DNA of 62,604 nucleotides, counting the filler, from Nemertoderma westbladi (taxonomy: Eukaryota; Animalia; Xenacoelomorpha), in the NCBI GenBank assembly GCA_032718475.1. It is 3 parts of 3 records of this genome, joined end to end, with 100 filler letters (N's around TTAATTAATTAA, not from the genome) between each part and the next. Parts side by side here need not be neighbours in the genome. Positions count along the whole stretch, not along the records: positions 29,899 to 47,941 come from JAUCBJ010003407.1; positions 48,042 to 62,604 come from JAUCBJ010001803.1; 1 more part is not named here. One strand, given 5' to 3'. The translations under genes were made by a program, and so were the position numbers. Below are positions 38,400 through 51,000 of this stretch, piece by piece. The notes beneath the pieces are model-generated. The model saw only the letters and a list, made by a program, of their open reading frames with translations. It did no database searches and was not told the DNA's origin. Each line of letters opens with the position of its first letter. The stretch's first letter is position 1.

Positions 38400-39055
38400 T
38401 CGTTCCAGGACTTCAGTCGATTTGCAGGAATTACTGGAGATAGGCGACGAATTAATTCGTCCATCGGTCGCTGGGAACACCTTTAGGTTCCTTTTGATAT
38501 TCAGGAACGCAATAGATGACATTTCTCTTCATCAGATCAACTTCCAACCAATCTGGATCGCCATAACTTACTTTATACTTTATCATCTTGTATCCCTTCT
38601 CAAACCTTACGGCTACGACAGACGTCAGTAATGTTTTTTAAGTTTATGGACGGAGATCTCATTGGTCCAAAGATGAACGTCACCATGCTCAATTATCTTT
38701 ACTTCAGAATTGAAGCTCGCAGCTTTCTTTACACAAGTTCCGAAATCTTGAAAGTCATATACTTTCTTAGCTGTCTTTATTTCCTTATTAACTAGCTGGT
38801 GTAAGTTGTCTGCTGACATAGAGGAATGGTGTGGTTCAAAGTACCACAACTCGATAGCTTTTTGTCCCATAAACTGAACAAGTTTTATAAGACACGAGTA
38901 GAGTGTGTAGTTTTTGTTCTAAGCGCCGCAATTATCAACCCATATCTTCACAAGCTCTTTATCCCTGACTGATTCTAGAAAATAGAAAAATGTGGATGCA
39001 ATGTCTTCATCGTTTCTACCATGCTCCCCATCATGCCAAATAGCAGAGAATATAT
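38400..39055 (-). pseudogene. Sola1-type transposase catalytic fragment
   Basis: WHDGEHGRNDEDIAS...WVDNCGA*NKN...FEPHHSSMSADNLH...VYDFQDF. Confidence 0.75.
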
Positions 39056-39149
39056 AATTATTGTTGCGGAGTTTCCCTAACGGGACGAAAAATTCGTGAT
39101 ATGCTACGACTCTTTGCGATATTTCTGATATAATACATCACACTCCTCT

Positions 39150-39990
39150 GGGTGTTGTCCCTGTCCTTCCTCCCAGTATCATCCGACACACCGACCATGT
39201 CCTTGTCCTTCCTCCCAGTATCATCCAACACACCGACCGTGTCCCTGTCCTTCCTCCCAGTTTCATCCGACACACCGACCATGTCCCTGTCCTTCCTCCC
39301 AGTATCATCTAAAACACCGACCGGGTCCCTGTATTTCCTCCCAGTATCATCCGACCATGTCCCTGTCCTTCCTCCCAGTATCATCCAACACGACGACCAT
39401 GTCCATGTCCTTCCTCCCAGTATCATCCGACACACCGACCATGTCCCTGTCCTTCCTCCTAGTATCATCTAAGACACCGACCGGGTCCCTGTCCTTCCTC
39501 CCAGTATCATCCGACCATGTCCCTGTCCTTCCTCCCAGAATCATCCAACACACCGACCGTGTCCCTGTCCTTCCTCCCAGTATCATCCGACACACCGACC
39601 ATGTCCCTGTCCTTCCTCCCAGTATCATCTAAGACACCGACCGGGTCCCTGTCCTTCCTCCCAGTATCATCCGACCATGTCCCTGTCCTTCCTCCCAGAA
39701 TCATCCAACACACTGACCGTGTCCCTGTCCTTCCCTCCAGAATCATTCGTCACACCGACTGTGTCCGTGTTCTTCCCGCCAGAATCATCCGACACACCGA
39801 CCGGGTCCCTGTCCTTCTTCCCATAATTATCCGACACACTGACCATGTCCCTGTCCTTCCTCCCAGTATCATCCAACACACTGACCGTGTCCCTGTCCTT
39901 AGTGTCTTTCCCCCCAGAATCATCAGTCACACCGACCGTGTCCGTGTTCTTCCCCCCAGAATCTTACGACACACCGACACTGACCATGTC
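39150..39990. repeat. ~42-bp tandem repeat inside the transposon
   Basis: CCGACACACCGACCATGTCCCTGTCCTTCCTCCCAGTATCAT units. Confidence 0.9.
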
Positions 39991-40924
39991 CCTCCTCTTC
40001 TGTCGCTTTGGATAAACTTTGTATGAAGGCATTATTATTGGTGCATTTCTATTTCTCGTCATTGAGTTCTTACAACAGTCCGCTTCCGGTAATTCAAACC
40101 CAAAGAATGGCAATGGTTCATCATCTTCTAGATCCATAATATATTATAGGCCTAATGCCTAAAGCAATAATTGAAATGAAAGCTGTTCCGTGCCTAATCT
40201 AGGGAAATACCCTATCTACAGCTGGAAACAGGTATATCTATATTAAGATGTAAATACCCTATCTCAAAAATATTGATATAGGGTATTGTAGAATGCCCAA
40301 ATATTTTTAGGCAATATACCCTATCTGTTCCAGCTGGCGATAGGGTGTTTTGCCTTAACATAGAGGTCAAATAGTATGTTTTGTAGGGTATTTTGCCACC
40401 TGAAAACTCTATTTTGCGCTCTGAAACAGCCCTATTGTTCTATACTGTTAGATAGAGCGTAAAATTTTATGTGGATTTCAAAATAAAAAAAAATTGAGAT
40501 TTTTTGAGATAGGGTAGCCTTAACACGGCAGTGTAGGTACTGCATGGAAAGAAATAAAAAGTTTTATATAAATAACGTTAATAATAATATACGTTATTAA
40601 TAAAGGAACATAAAAATGTTCCCATGTAAAGAATAACATGTTTTACCTTTCGGCAAAATATAATTGAATTATATTTATATTTGTTAAATTGTAAAAGTGT
40701 TTTAATGCGCTTATTTCTATCTTATAACCTGTATATATAATAATTCGTTTTATTGTTTTGGTTAAATTCTGCCCCTGTAACCTGGGTTTTTAGTGAAAAC
40801 CTGGTAATCTTAACATCAGGGTAAACTGCAATGTGAAGTATAAAATAAGAAAGTCTGGTATATACTTCACATGGACCACAAATGTTCCGCATTGTAGTCG
40901 AGTAAATTAACTCACTGCCTATAG

Positions 40925-41071
40925 ATGAAAGGGATGATGAAGTTGTATCAAGTCGAAAGTCCAAACTCCACTCCAAACACGGTGTACGCGAATGCGGCTG
41001 ACGTGGTTACCAAAGCAACGCAGACACAAAGGCGATCCCTCCAACGGCATCAAAAGGAATCCACTTTGCGG
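40925..41071 (+). CDS. CCDC17-like exon 2 (predicted)
   Basis: ATAG| 147-nt open frame MKGMMKLY...ESTLR |GTATAA, phase 0/0. Confidence 0.55.
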
Positions 41072-41614
41072 GTATAAAATTCGCTCCTTAACCGCTGCAC
41101 GCTATACTAACTAATCTATTAATAATTAAGATTGTGTGCGGTTATGCCTTTGAACTGTAAAACGCATTACAGTTGAAACTGCAAGTAAAGACACAGAAAT
41201 TACAGTCCAAATTACACTTAAACAAACAAAGTAAATTGCAACTTATATAAAGAAATCGATATAGAAGACTTTTTACTTTCTCATGGTATTCAATATTTGA
41301 TAATGTTAGATTAATGAGCACATTATTGATAAATCCATATTTAATACTTCACTAATTTCACTGCATTTAGCATAATTCCATCGCACACGAATAACTATTA
41401 ATTAATTGAATTGTAGGGTAGGTGATCTAATGGGCATTAACAAGTCAATCAAAAACCAATCTACAATTTAATAAAATACAAAAACTACAATTGTATAGGT
41501 TGAAAGGGAGGATGGGCCTTGAAGGGGGGTTTGGGGGGGGGGGGGGGGTGGTAAACAGGACTCACTTACAATATGCTGATTTCTAATTTAGATTTTAATT
41601 GTATTTTATTTCAG

Positions 41615-41714
41615 GACGAGATCAGATTAAAGAGACAAGAGTTGGAAGTTGAGCACGCGAAGATCCTAAGGGAAATAGAAAATAAATACGGTGAATTAGA
41701 GGACCATAGAACCA
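41615..41714 (+). CDS. CCDC17-like exon 3 (coiled coil)
   Basis: TTTCAG|DEIRLKRQELEVEHAKILREIENKYGELEDHRT|GTAAGT, phase 0/1. Confidence 0.75.
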
Positions 41715-43700
41715 GTAAGTAGAAGAAAACTAGAGGACCATAGAACCAGTAAGTAGAAGAAAACTAGAGGACCATAGAACCAGTAAGTAGAAGAAAACTA
41801 GAGGACCATAGAACCAGTAAGTAGAAGAAAACTAGAGGACCATAGAACCAGTAAGTATAAGAAAATTAGAGGACCATAGAACCAGTAAGTACAGTAGAAG
41901 AAAACTAGAGGACCATAGAACCATTAAGTAGAAGAAAACTAGAGGACAATAGAACCAGTAAGTAGAAGAAAACTAGAGGACCATAGAACCAGTAAGTAGA
42001 AGAAAACTAGAGGACCATAGAACCAGTAAGTACAGTAGAAGAAAACTAGAGGACCATAGAACCATTAACTAGAAGAAAACTAGAGGACCATAGAACCAGT
42101 AAGTAGAAGAAAACTAGAGGACCATAGAACCAGTAAGTAGAAGAAAACTAGAGGACCATTGAACCAGTTAGTAGAAGAAAACTAGAGGACCATAGAACCA
42201 GTAAGTAGAAGAAAACTAGAGGACCATAGAACCAGTAAGTAGAAGAAAACTAGAGGACCATAGAACCAGTTAGTAGAAGAAAACTAGAGGACCATAGAAC
42301 CAGTTAGTAGAAGAAAACTAGAGGACCATAGAACCAGTAAGTAGAAGAAAACTAGAGGACCATAGAACCGGTAAGTAGAAGAAAACTAGAGGACCATAGA
42401 ACCAGTAAGTAGAAGAAAACTAGAGGACCATAGAACCGGTAAGTAGAAGAAAACTAGAGGACCATAGAACCGGTAAGTAGAAGAAAACTAGAGGACCATA
42501 GAACCAGTTAGTAGAAGAAAACTAGAGGACCATAGAACCAGTAAGTAGAAGAAAACTAGAGGACCATAGAACCAGTTAGTAGAAGAAAACTAGAGGACCA
42601 TAGAACCGGTAAGTAGAAGAAAACTAGAGGACCATAGAACCAGTTAGTAGAAGAAAATTAGAGGACCATAGAACCAGTAAGTAGAAGAAAACTAGAGGAC
42701 CATAGAACTAGTAAGTAGAAGAAAACTAGAGGACCATAGAACCGGTAAGTAGAAGAAAACTAGAGGACCATAGAACCAGTTAGTAGAAGAAAATTAGAGG
42801 ACCATAGAACCAGTAAGTAGAAGAAAACTAGAGGACCATAGAACCAGTTAGTAGAAGAAAACTAGAGGACCATAGAACCGGTAAGTAGAAGAAAACTAGA
42901 GGACCATAGAACCGGTAAGTAGAAGAAAACTAGAGGACCATAGAACCGGTAAGTAGAAGAAAACTAGAGGACCATAGAACCAGTTAGTAGAAGAAAACTA
43001 GAGGACCATAGAACCGGTAAGTAGAAGAAAACTAGAGGACCATAGAACCGGTAAGTAGAAGAAAACTAGAGGACCATAGAACCGGTAAGTAGAAGAAAAC
43101 TAGAGGACCATAGAAACGGTAAGTAGAAGAAAACTAGAGGACCATAGAACCGGTAAGTAGAAGAAAACTAGAGGACCATAGAACCGGTAAGTAGAAGAAA
43201 ACTAGAGGACCATAGAACCAGTAAGTAGAAGAAAACTAGAGGACCATAGAACCAGTTAGTAGAAGAAAACTAGAGGACCATAGAACCAGTTAGTAGAAGA
43301 AAACTAGAGGACCATAGAACCGGTAAGTAGAAGAAAACTAGAGGACCATAGAACCAGTTAGTAGAAGAAAACTAGAGGACCATAGAACCAGTAAGTAGAA
43401 GAAAACTAGAGGACCATAGAACCAGTTAGTAGAAGAAAACTAGAGGACCATAGAACCAGTAAGTAGAAGAAAACTAGAGGACCATAGAACCACTAAGTAG
43501 AAGAAAACTAGAGGACCATAGAACCAGTAAGTAGAAGAAAACTAGAGGACCATAGAACCAGTAAGTAGAAGAAAACTAGAGGACCATAGAACCAGTAAGT
43601 ACAGTAGAAGAAAACTAGAGGACCATAGAACCAGTAAGTAGAAGAAAACTAGAGGACCATAGAACCAGTAAGTAGAAGAAAACTAGAGGACCATTGAACA
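41697..43700. repeat. 34-bp tandem array (~59 copies) spanning the exon 3 donor site
   Basis: Unit TAGAGGACCATAGAACCA|GTAAGTAGAAGAAAAC. Confidence 0.97.
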
Positions 43701-43992
43701 AAGTGTTATCGTTCTAACAGTGCTTGCGAAGGATACCCGTGGCCGTGGCACACCATATCGACACCAATATTTGTATAATAAGTTTGTGCAATAACATAAG
43801 CAAGGTCTAATCCTGCTGCGGCAATAATGAAAGTTAATTGTGTAACTGTTTCATTCTGGGGAAAATGCCCAGAGTAGGCTATAGCTCAACACGATCTCAG
43901 TCACAATAACACGAGGAAAAATATGAGATTGGGGGCCTACGACCCACCTATTACAAGGAACTACTTACATAACTAACTTTTAATGTTTCTAG

Positions 43993-44192
43993 AAATTATC
44001 GCTCGCTTAGACGAAGTCATTAACTTAGAAAACAACAAAATCGATGAGCTTGAGGACGTAAAAGCCGCACGGAAAGCCGCTTCCAATCAGACGAGAAGTG
44101 AACGAGAGGCAACGAGAGAGGAGAGACGGAAACCGCAGTCACGGAGTGTTAATGAAGAAGTCTTTAATAAGAATGGAGAGATACTAACGGAG
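43993..44192 (+). CDS. CCDC17-like exon 4
   Basis: TTTCTAG|(K)IIARLDEVINLENNK...GEILTE|GTTAGT. Phase 1/0 matches both neighbouring exons. Confidence 0.75.
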
Positions 44193-46963
44193 GTTAGTGA
44201 TACTAACGGATGTTAGTGATACTAACGGATGTTAGTGATACTAACGGAGGTTAGTGATACTAACGGATGTTAGTGATACTAACGGAGGTTAGTGATACTA
44301 ACGGATGTTAGTGATACTAACCTAGGTTAGTGATACTAACGGATGTTAGTGATACTAACAGATGTTAGTGATACTAACGGGTGTTAGTGAAACTAACGGA
44401 TGTTAGTGATACTAACGGATGTTAGTGATACTAACGGATGTTAGTGATACTAACGGATGTTAGTGATACTAACGGATGTTAGTGATACTAACGGATGTTA
44501 GTGATACTAACGGATGTTAGTGATACTAACGTCCGTTAGTATCACTAACATCCATTAGTGATACTAACGGAGGTTAGTGATACTAACGGATGTTAGTGAT
44601 ACTAACCTAGGTTAGTGATACTAACGTCCGTTAGTATCACTAACATCCATTAGTGATACTAACGGATGTTAGTGATACTAACCTAGGTTAGTGATACTAA
44701 CGGATGTTAGTGATACTAACAGATGTTAGTGATACTAACGGATGTTAGTGATACTAACGGATGTTAGTGATACTAACGGATGTTAGTGATACTAACGGAT
44801 GTTAGTGATACTAACGGATGTTAGTGATACTAACGTCCGTTAGTATCACTAACATCCATTAGTGATACTAACGGAGGTTAGTGATACTAACGGATGTTAG
44901 TGATACTAACCTAGGTTAGTGATACTAACGTCCGTTAGTATCACTAACATCCATTAGTGATACTAACGGATGTTAGTGATACTAACCTAGGTTAGTGATA
45001 CTAACGGATGTTAGTGATACTAACAGATGTTAGTGATACTAACGGATGTTAGTGATACTAACGGGTGTTAGTGATACTAACGGATGTTAGTGATACTAAC
45101 GTGTGTTAGTGAAACTAACGGATGTTAGTGATACTAACGGATGTTAGTGATACTAACGGATGTTAGTGATACTAACGGATGTTAGTGATACTAACCTAGG
45201 TTAGTGATACTAACGTCCGTCCGGGACCGAATTGTCCGGGACCGAATTGTCCGGACCGAATTGTCCGGGACCGAATTGTCCGGGACCGAATTGTCCGGAC
45301 CGAATTGTCCGGGACCGAATTGTCCGGACCGAATTGTCCGGGACCGAATTGTCCGGGACCGAATTGTCCTACATCCCATAATCGAATACCATTATTTACA
45401 TTCGGTAATAGAGATGAAAATAATGAAGTGGGAACGCTACCGCTTTTTCACCTTGCGAAAATTAGCGAATGGTAGAATTCTTTAGCGAAACACATTTTTC
45501 AACGGACGCGGACCATTCGGCAGCAATCTCACCATTCAAGAATGTGAGCTGAAATTTGAAAATTTAAGTCGGATATTTGTTTAAAAAATAAGAAGCTTTA
45601 TGTCATTACATTTGATAGTTTCTCTGCAACAACACATTTGCAATGAACACAGAAAGCTAGAAAAACAAGAGAGTATAATGTGGACAGAGTCGTCAGTAAC
45701 ATAACAACCATACTGTATGTATGAAGGCCAATATGCAATAAGTAAGCGGTCTTACCAACTTAGTCACATCTTCATGTGACTAGAAATTTAAGTTACAGCT
45801 AATACTAACTTAAGTAAGACTAAATTCTATGAATACGAGTTTAGCAACAACTAGTACTAAATACGTTAGTAATAAATAAGTCGCACCAACTTCTCTGAAT
45901 ACCAAATTAGTACAAGCACTTACTAACTTTATGTGACTAGGACTAAGTTCCTAGTTAGTCACATTTATGAATACCGCCCCAGATACTAACGGAGGTTAGT
46001 GATACTAACGGATGTTAGTGATACTAACGGAGCTTAGTGATACTAACGGAGGTTAGTGATACCAACGGAGGTTAGTGATACTAACGGAGGTTAGTGATAC
46101 TAACGGAGGTTAGTGATACTAACGGATGTTAGTGATACTAACGGAGGTTAGTGATACTAACGGATGTTAGTGATACTAACGGAGGTTAGTGATACTAACG
46201 GAGGTTAGTGATACTAACGGAGGCTAGTGATACTAACGGATGTTAGTGATACTAACGGAGGATAGTGATACTAACGGATGTTAGTGATACTAACGGATGT
46301 TAGTGATACTAACGGAGGTTAGTGATACTAACGGATGTTAGTGATACTAACGGAGGCTAGTGATACTAACGGATGTTAGTGATACTAACGGATGTTAGTG
46401 ATTGTAACGGATGTTAGTGATACTAACGGAGGTTAGTGATACTAACGGATGTTAGTGATACTAACGGAGGATAGTGATACTAACGGATGTTAGTGATACT
46501 AACGGATGTTAGTGATACTAACGTCCGTTAGTATCACTTAACATCCATTAGTGATACTAACGGAGGTTAGTGATACTAACGGATGTTAGTGATACTAACG
46601 GATGTTAGTGATACTAACGGATGTTAGTGATACTAACGGATGTTAGTGATACTAACGGATGTTAGTGATACTAACGGATGTTAGTGATACTAACGGAGGT
46701 TAGTGATACTAACGGAGGTTAGTGATACTAACGGAGGTTAGTGATACTAACGGAGGCTAGTGATACTAACGGATGTTAGTGATACTAACGGATGTTAGTG
46801 ATACTAACGGATGTTAGTGATACTAACGGATGTTAGTGATACTAACGGATGTTAGTGATACTAACGGATGTTAGTGATACTAACGGAGGTTAGTGATACT
46901 AACGGAGGCTAGTGATACTAACGGATGTTAGTGATACTAACGGAGGTTAGTGATACTAACGGA
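44180..46963. repeat. 19-bp tandem array spanning the exon 4 donor site, interrupted at 45221-45980
   Basis: Unit GATACTAACGGA(G/T)|GTTAGT, with occasional inverted units. Confidence 0.97.
45221..45376. repeat. 15-bp tandem repeat, probably a MULE-like MITE terminus
   Basis: CCGGGACCGAATTGT about 10 times, ending TGTCCTACATCC. Confidence 0.75.
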
Positions 46964-47172
46964 AACTGATGTATGTTATCAGAAACATTCTAGAATGGGG
47001 AGGTTAGCAATCAGTTTATTTGTGTATATATATCAATGTTTTAATCTACGTTTTGTATATTAGGGCCTACATTTATTCATGACGTGTTTGTACGTATGTA
47101 TATGAATATATATCTAAATACCAATAACATTTAATTAGCACAAAACTAACTAACTACTCATATTTATTGCAG

Positions 47173-47370
47173 ATGAAAAACATGATAGAAACTTTAAGGG
47201 TAATGCAGCAGCAAACATTCAGCGGTGCTTTAATAGCCGGACAGCCATTGCCATACACGACGGGACCACCTCAACCAGCACCCAGTCCACCTCCGGTCCA
47301 ATACAACTATGTTGTCCCACAACCGCAGTGGTGGATGCAACCCGCACCTATAATGCCTGTGGTACCACAG
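47173..47370 (+). CDS. CCDC17-like exon 5 (Pro/Gln-rich)
   Basis: TTGCAG|MKNMIETLRVMQQQ...PVVPQ|GTAATT, phase 0/0. Confidence 0.75.
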
Positions 47371-47774
47371 GTAATTAATACAACACCACAACAGTAGTGG
47401 TGGTAGCACCACTGCCGTAGTTGCCATAGGTGTATTAATTACTCATTAGTGATGCCTCACTTTCTGTGAAAATTTTTAACATTTTATTTCACAAAATTTC
47501 ATTCAGAAGAATTGAACGTACATCATGGACTGGGACTCACCTTTTATGCATGTTTTGGCAACTTTTCTGAATGATTGAGATTGAGTTGACAGTAATGGCT
47601 TCGAAATTATACAAATTGAAATTAACCAGATTTATATGGACAAAGGTCCGCCCAATATGTATGGCACTCACTCACTCACGCCGTAAGTTAAACATAAAAA
47701 ACCGTATACACTGAAAAGGTGAAATAAATGTGTAATATAGTTTTTAATTTCAACAATATTATTCGTTATATTAG

Positions 47775-47941
47775 CAAGGGAACGTACTTCCCAACCCTAA
47801 TGTCCCACAACTGGGCCCAGAAACAGATGGGGTGTTACAGGACCCGCCACATCAATATCCTGTCACTCAGCAACGGGAACCAAGTCTCCATGGGACCCCT
47901 AGGAGGAACAATTCCAGAGCGCCGATATACGTGGAAGCTAT
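47775..47941 (+). CDS. CCDC17-like exon 6 (predicted, runs into the gap)
   Basis: TATTAG|QGNVLPNPNVPQLGPETDG...APIYVEA is open up to the N run. Confidence 0.5.
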
Positions 47942-48041
47942 NNNNNNNNNNNNNNNNNNNNNNNNNNNNNNNNNNNNNNNNNNNNTTAATTAATTAANNN
48001 NNNNNNNNNNNNNNNNNNNNNNNNNNNNNNNNNNNNNNNNN
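47942..48041. other. Assembly gap with artificial TTAATTAATTAA spacer
   Basis: Same 100-bp structure as the first gap. Confidence 0.95.
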
Positions 48042-51000
48042 CAATTCTTCCCTGGCGTATCCCGCGTAATTATCTTGGGTCGCTCGCTTATTCTTCGCCC
48101 AGTCGGCTTGATGTTCCTCCACCGCAATGAATATAGTAGTTAGCACTGCAGCAGGAAGAGTAAGAAGGGGGTCCGAGTAGACTGTATCAGACATCTGCAC
48201 TCCATGTTCGGGAGTCAGCTCTACAGTATCCGAACTGCTGGAGCTATCGGGTCGCTGGGAAGTAGGTTCTTGACCAAGATGTTGCTGCGATAAGACAACT
48301 GCCTCTTGGTCCCGTTTTACCTGTGCCCTAGTGCCTATGATGGACCTATGTTGGACTAGCCTAGGGTCTGATACTACTGGAGGGATGACCTTTTTTACAG
48401 TAGGAGGTGAGCCGAACTCCTTTCTTATTCGCTCCACACTCCTATCTGAATCACAAATAGTTGTATCGATCAGACTGTCCGACAGATTTTGCTGAGTGTC
48501 AGACATGTTTAGTTATACAGTTGAATGTCTACTACTATATTTTCAGTTAAAGCAAGTCTAGTAATTCAGTATGACCGCAAGCCTAGCGATTTATTACCGG
48601 TACCGTTACTCGGTGTAACGTGATATATACACAATATATTAGAATACCGGTATGCTTATAATATATAAGCATTATTACAGACTAGATTTGTCACAGAGTA
48701 CCGGTATATAATTTTAGCACAAATATATATATATATATAGTAGGCCTATAATGAATACCGGTATACAGCTTACACTTACAGCATGTAAGTATAATTATGA
48801 ACTAGAATTAATTACAGAGTACCGGTATGATTTCAGCTCAAATTTATAGAAATAAATATAATAAGCCTATGGTAAGTACCGGTATGTCAATTATTTTTAT
48901 AATAATTGAATTCCTGAATATTTTAGGGTTACTTAGTTACTTTAACTTACTTTATTACCGTTATTTAAGCAGTAGTCCAACTGATAGTGAGACCTAGCTG
49001 TCGTATGGCAGGCCTACTATTTATAAATCGTTTGATTTGATTTATAATATTTATATACCCGTTTAAATGGGTTTTTGTCAATATTTGAAATAAATGTTAT
49101 TATTTCTGGGGAGTCACTACACAGAAGCTGAACGCCTCTAAGTGAAGTGCTATTTATTTGACACTAAAACTGATAATTCTAATTTACCTAAGTTACTTAA
49201 TACTACAAATTACTTACGATACGGGTGAGATTAATTCTCTAATTAAACACAACAAAATATTACGTACGAAATTTTTAGGGTAATTTTACAGGAAGTCTAC
49301 AAACCAGTCCAACAAAGGGTTAGATTTCTGGTTATTACAAAGGGCAGGGTACTACGGTATTTAAATAATAAGTAGTAGTAAATATACTGCGTTGTCCAGA
49401 TAGGAAAATACCACCGCCTGACGACCTATAACCGTATCGCTATAGGTACTACGTTATGTATCACGGATTGTTCCTACCCAGAAGCTAATAGAGCTAACGA
49501 ATGTGCCTATCAACCACTTTACAACACAAATATACTGCCTACACTAATTACTTCGGAAAGCACTGTACACTAAACCCTAAATTAGGTACAAGTACCGGTA
49601 TAACAAATAATCAGTAGTTAAATATACTTGAACAGTTAAAAGAACCACGGCATCTGCTGGAGTGACCGAAGCACAAAGTCGTCAGTCTTTACCTACGCCA
49701 AGCAGCCCTGATGTAGTACCGGGGTTAGTTTAACTATAACGGTATGTATAACAAGCACAATTACTGTAGGAATAAACTTGGGGACATGAATGTTGCGAAT
49801 AATCGCATAAACTCTGAATAATAAATATTACGCTACCCGTACAGAATACTCAAACAAATACAAACCAAACGCTGGCAGACTACTATCAAGCCTAAACAAA
49901 CTACTGTATGTGCAGATTCTGAAACTGTTAGTTAGTATGCGTTCTAACACGGTAGTACGACTTACTCTTTAAGAGGGGATTGACCTTACCACTTATGGCT
50001 GCCCCAACTTACTAACGGCACTTGATCAGACCAACTCTACACACGCAGCAATCCCTTCAGACCTAAAAATAGCTAGACAACAATCCAGCCTACAAATATT
50101 TGAATAATAACTATTACGATACCTGAACAGACCACACAAACAAACACAGGCTAAAACACTGGCAGACTACGATCAAGCCTAGATAAACTACAGTATATGC
50201 AGACTCTGAAACTGTTAGTTAGTATGCGTTCTAACACGGTAGTACGACTTATTCTTTAAGAGGGGATTGACCTTACCGCTTATGGCTGCCCCAACTTACT
50301 AACGGCACTTTATCAGACAAACTCTACACACGCCGCAATCTCTCCAAACTCAACAACAGTCAGACAGCAGCTCAGCCTACAATTATCTGAACAATCTGAG
50401 CAGGGTCACACGCCTTCTGCTCAATATTAGCCTACTAGTAAATAAAACCAACAGAAATAAGTAGAATCTCAAATAAAAAATCAGGGCGGCCGTTCCCTGA
50501 TTAAGTACCAAGACCTACCGGTATACAACAATCAAAATCGAATAATACTAATGTACTTGTACAGCAGTACCGGTACCGGTGATGACAGTTAGGCCTACTG
50601 ACCTACAGAAGCACCGGTTCAGTTTTACCAGTCACTACGGTATTTTGCAACCTTATTGCTTACTGCAATAAGATTATAAACTGTTACTGTTCGCGCTTTT
50701 GAAGACCTTTAGCAGTTTAACCTGCCAAAATTTATATGTCTTTTCGTTAATTAAAACACCTTTAGCATACGACAACAATTTATGCTAATACACAAAACAT
50801 TAGCCGAAGTCAGCCCATGCGCGATCATTCACCCGATGGATCTACACCCGGGAGACTGAATTCGGATGCTTAAATTTTATTATTGCAGTGTAAGGTTGCA
50901 GTGTATACCTACTGTATTATTCGATATTTCGTTAATAATTAATCTCTGACAGGTATTATTGGCTTTCGGGAAATATTAACAGTTCCTTTAGGACGTGGCG

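Larger units (their letters stand above)
37886..40531 (-). mobile_element. Sola1-like DNA transposon, internally deleted, in intron 1
   Basis: TIR CTGCCGTG(C/T)TAAGGCTA. 4-bp TSD TGTA at 37882-37885 and 40532-40535. TACCCTATCT subterminal motifs and a transposase remnant. Confidence 0.8.

Noticed and set aside
41697-46963. CRISPR-like appearance of the regular arrays (also 2633-8155 and 22211-22595)
   Set aside because: Units are head-to-tail with no unique spacers, there are no cas genes, and the context is eukaryotic intron or intergenic DNA.
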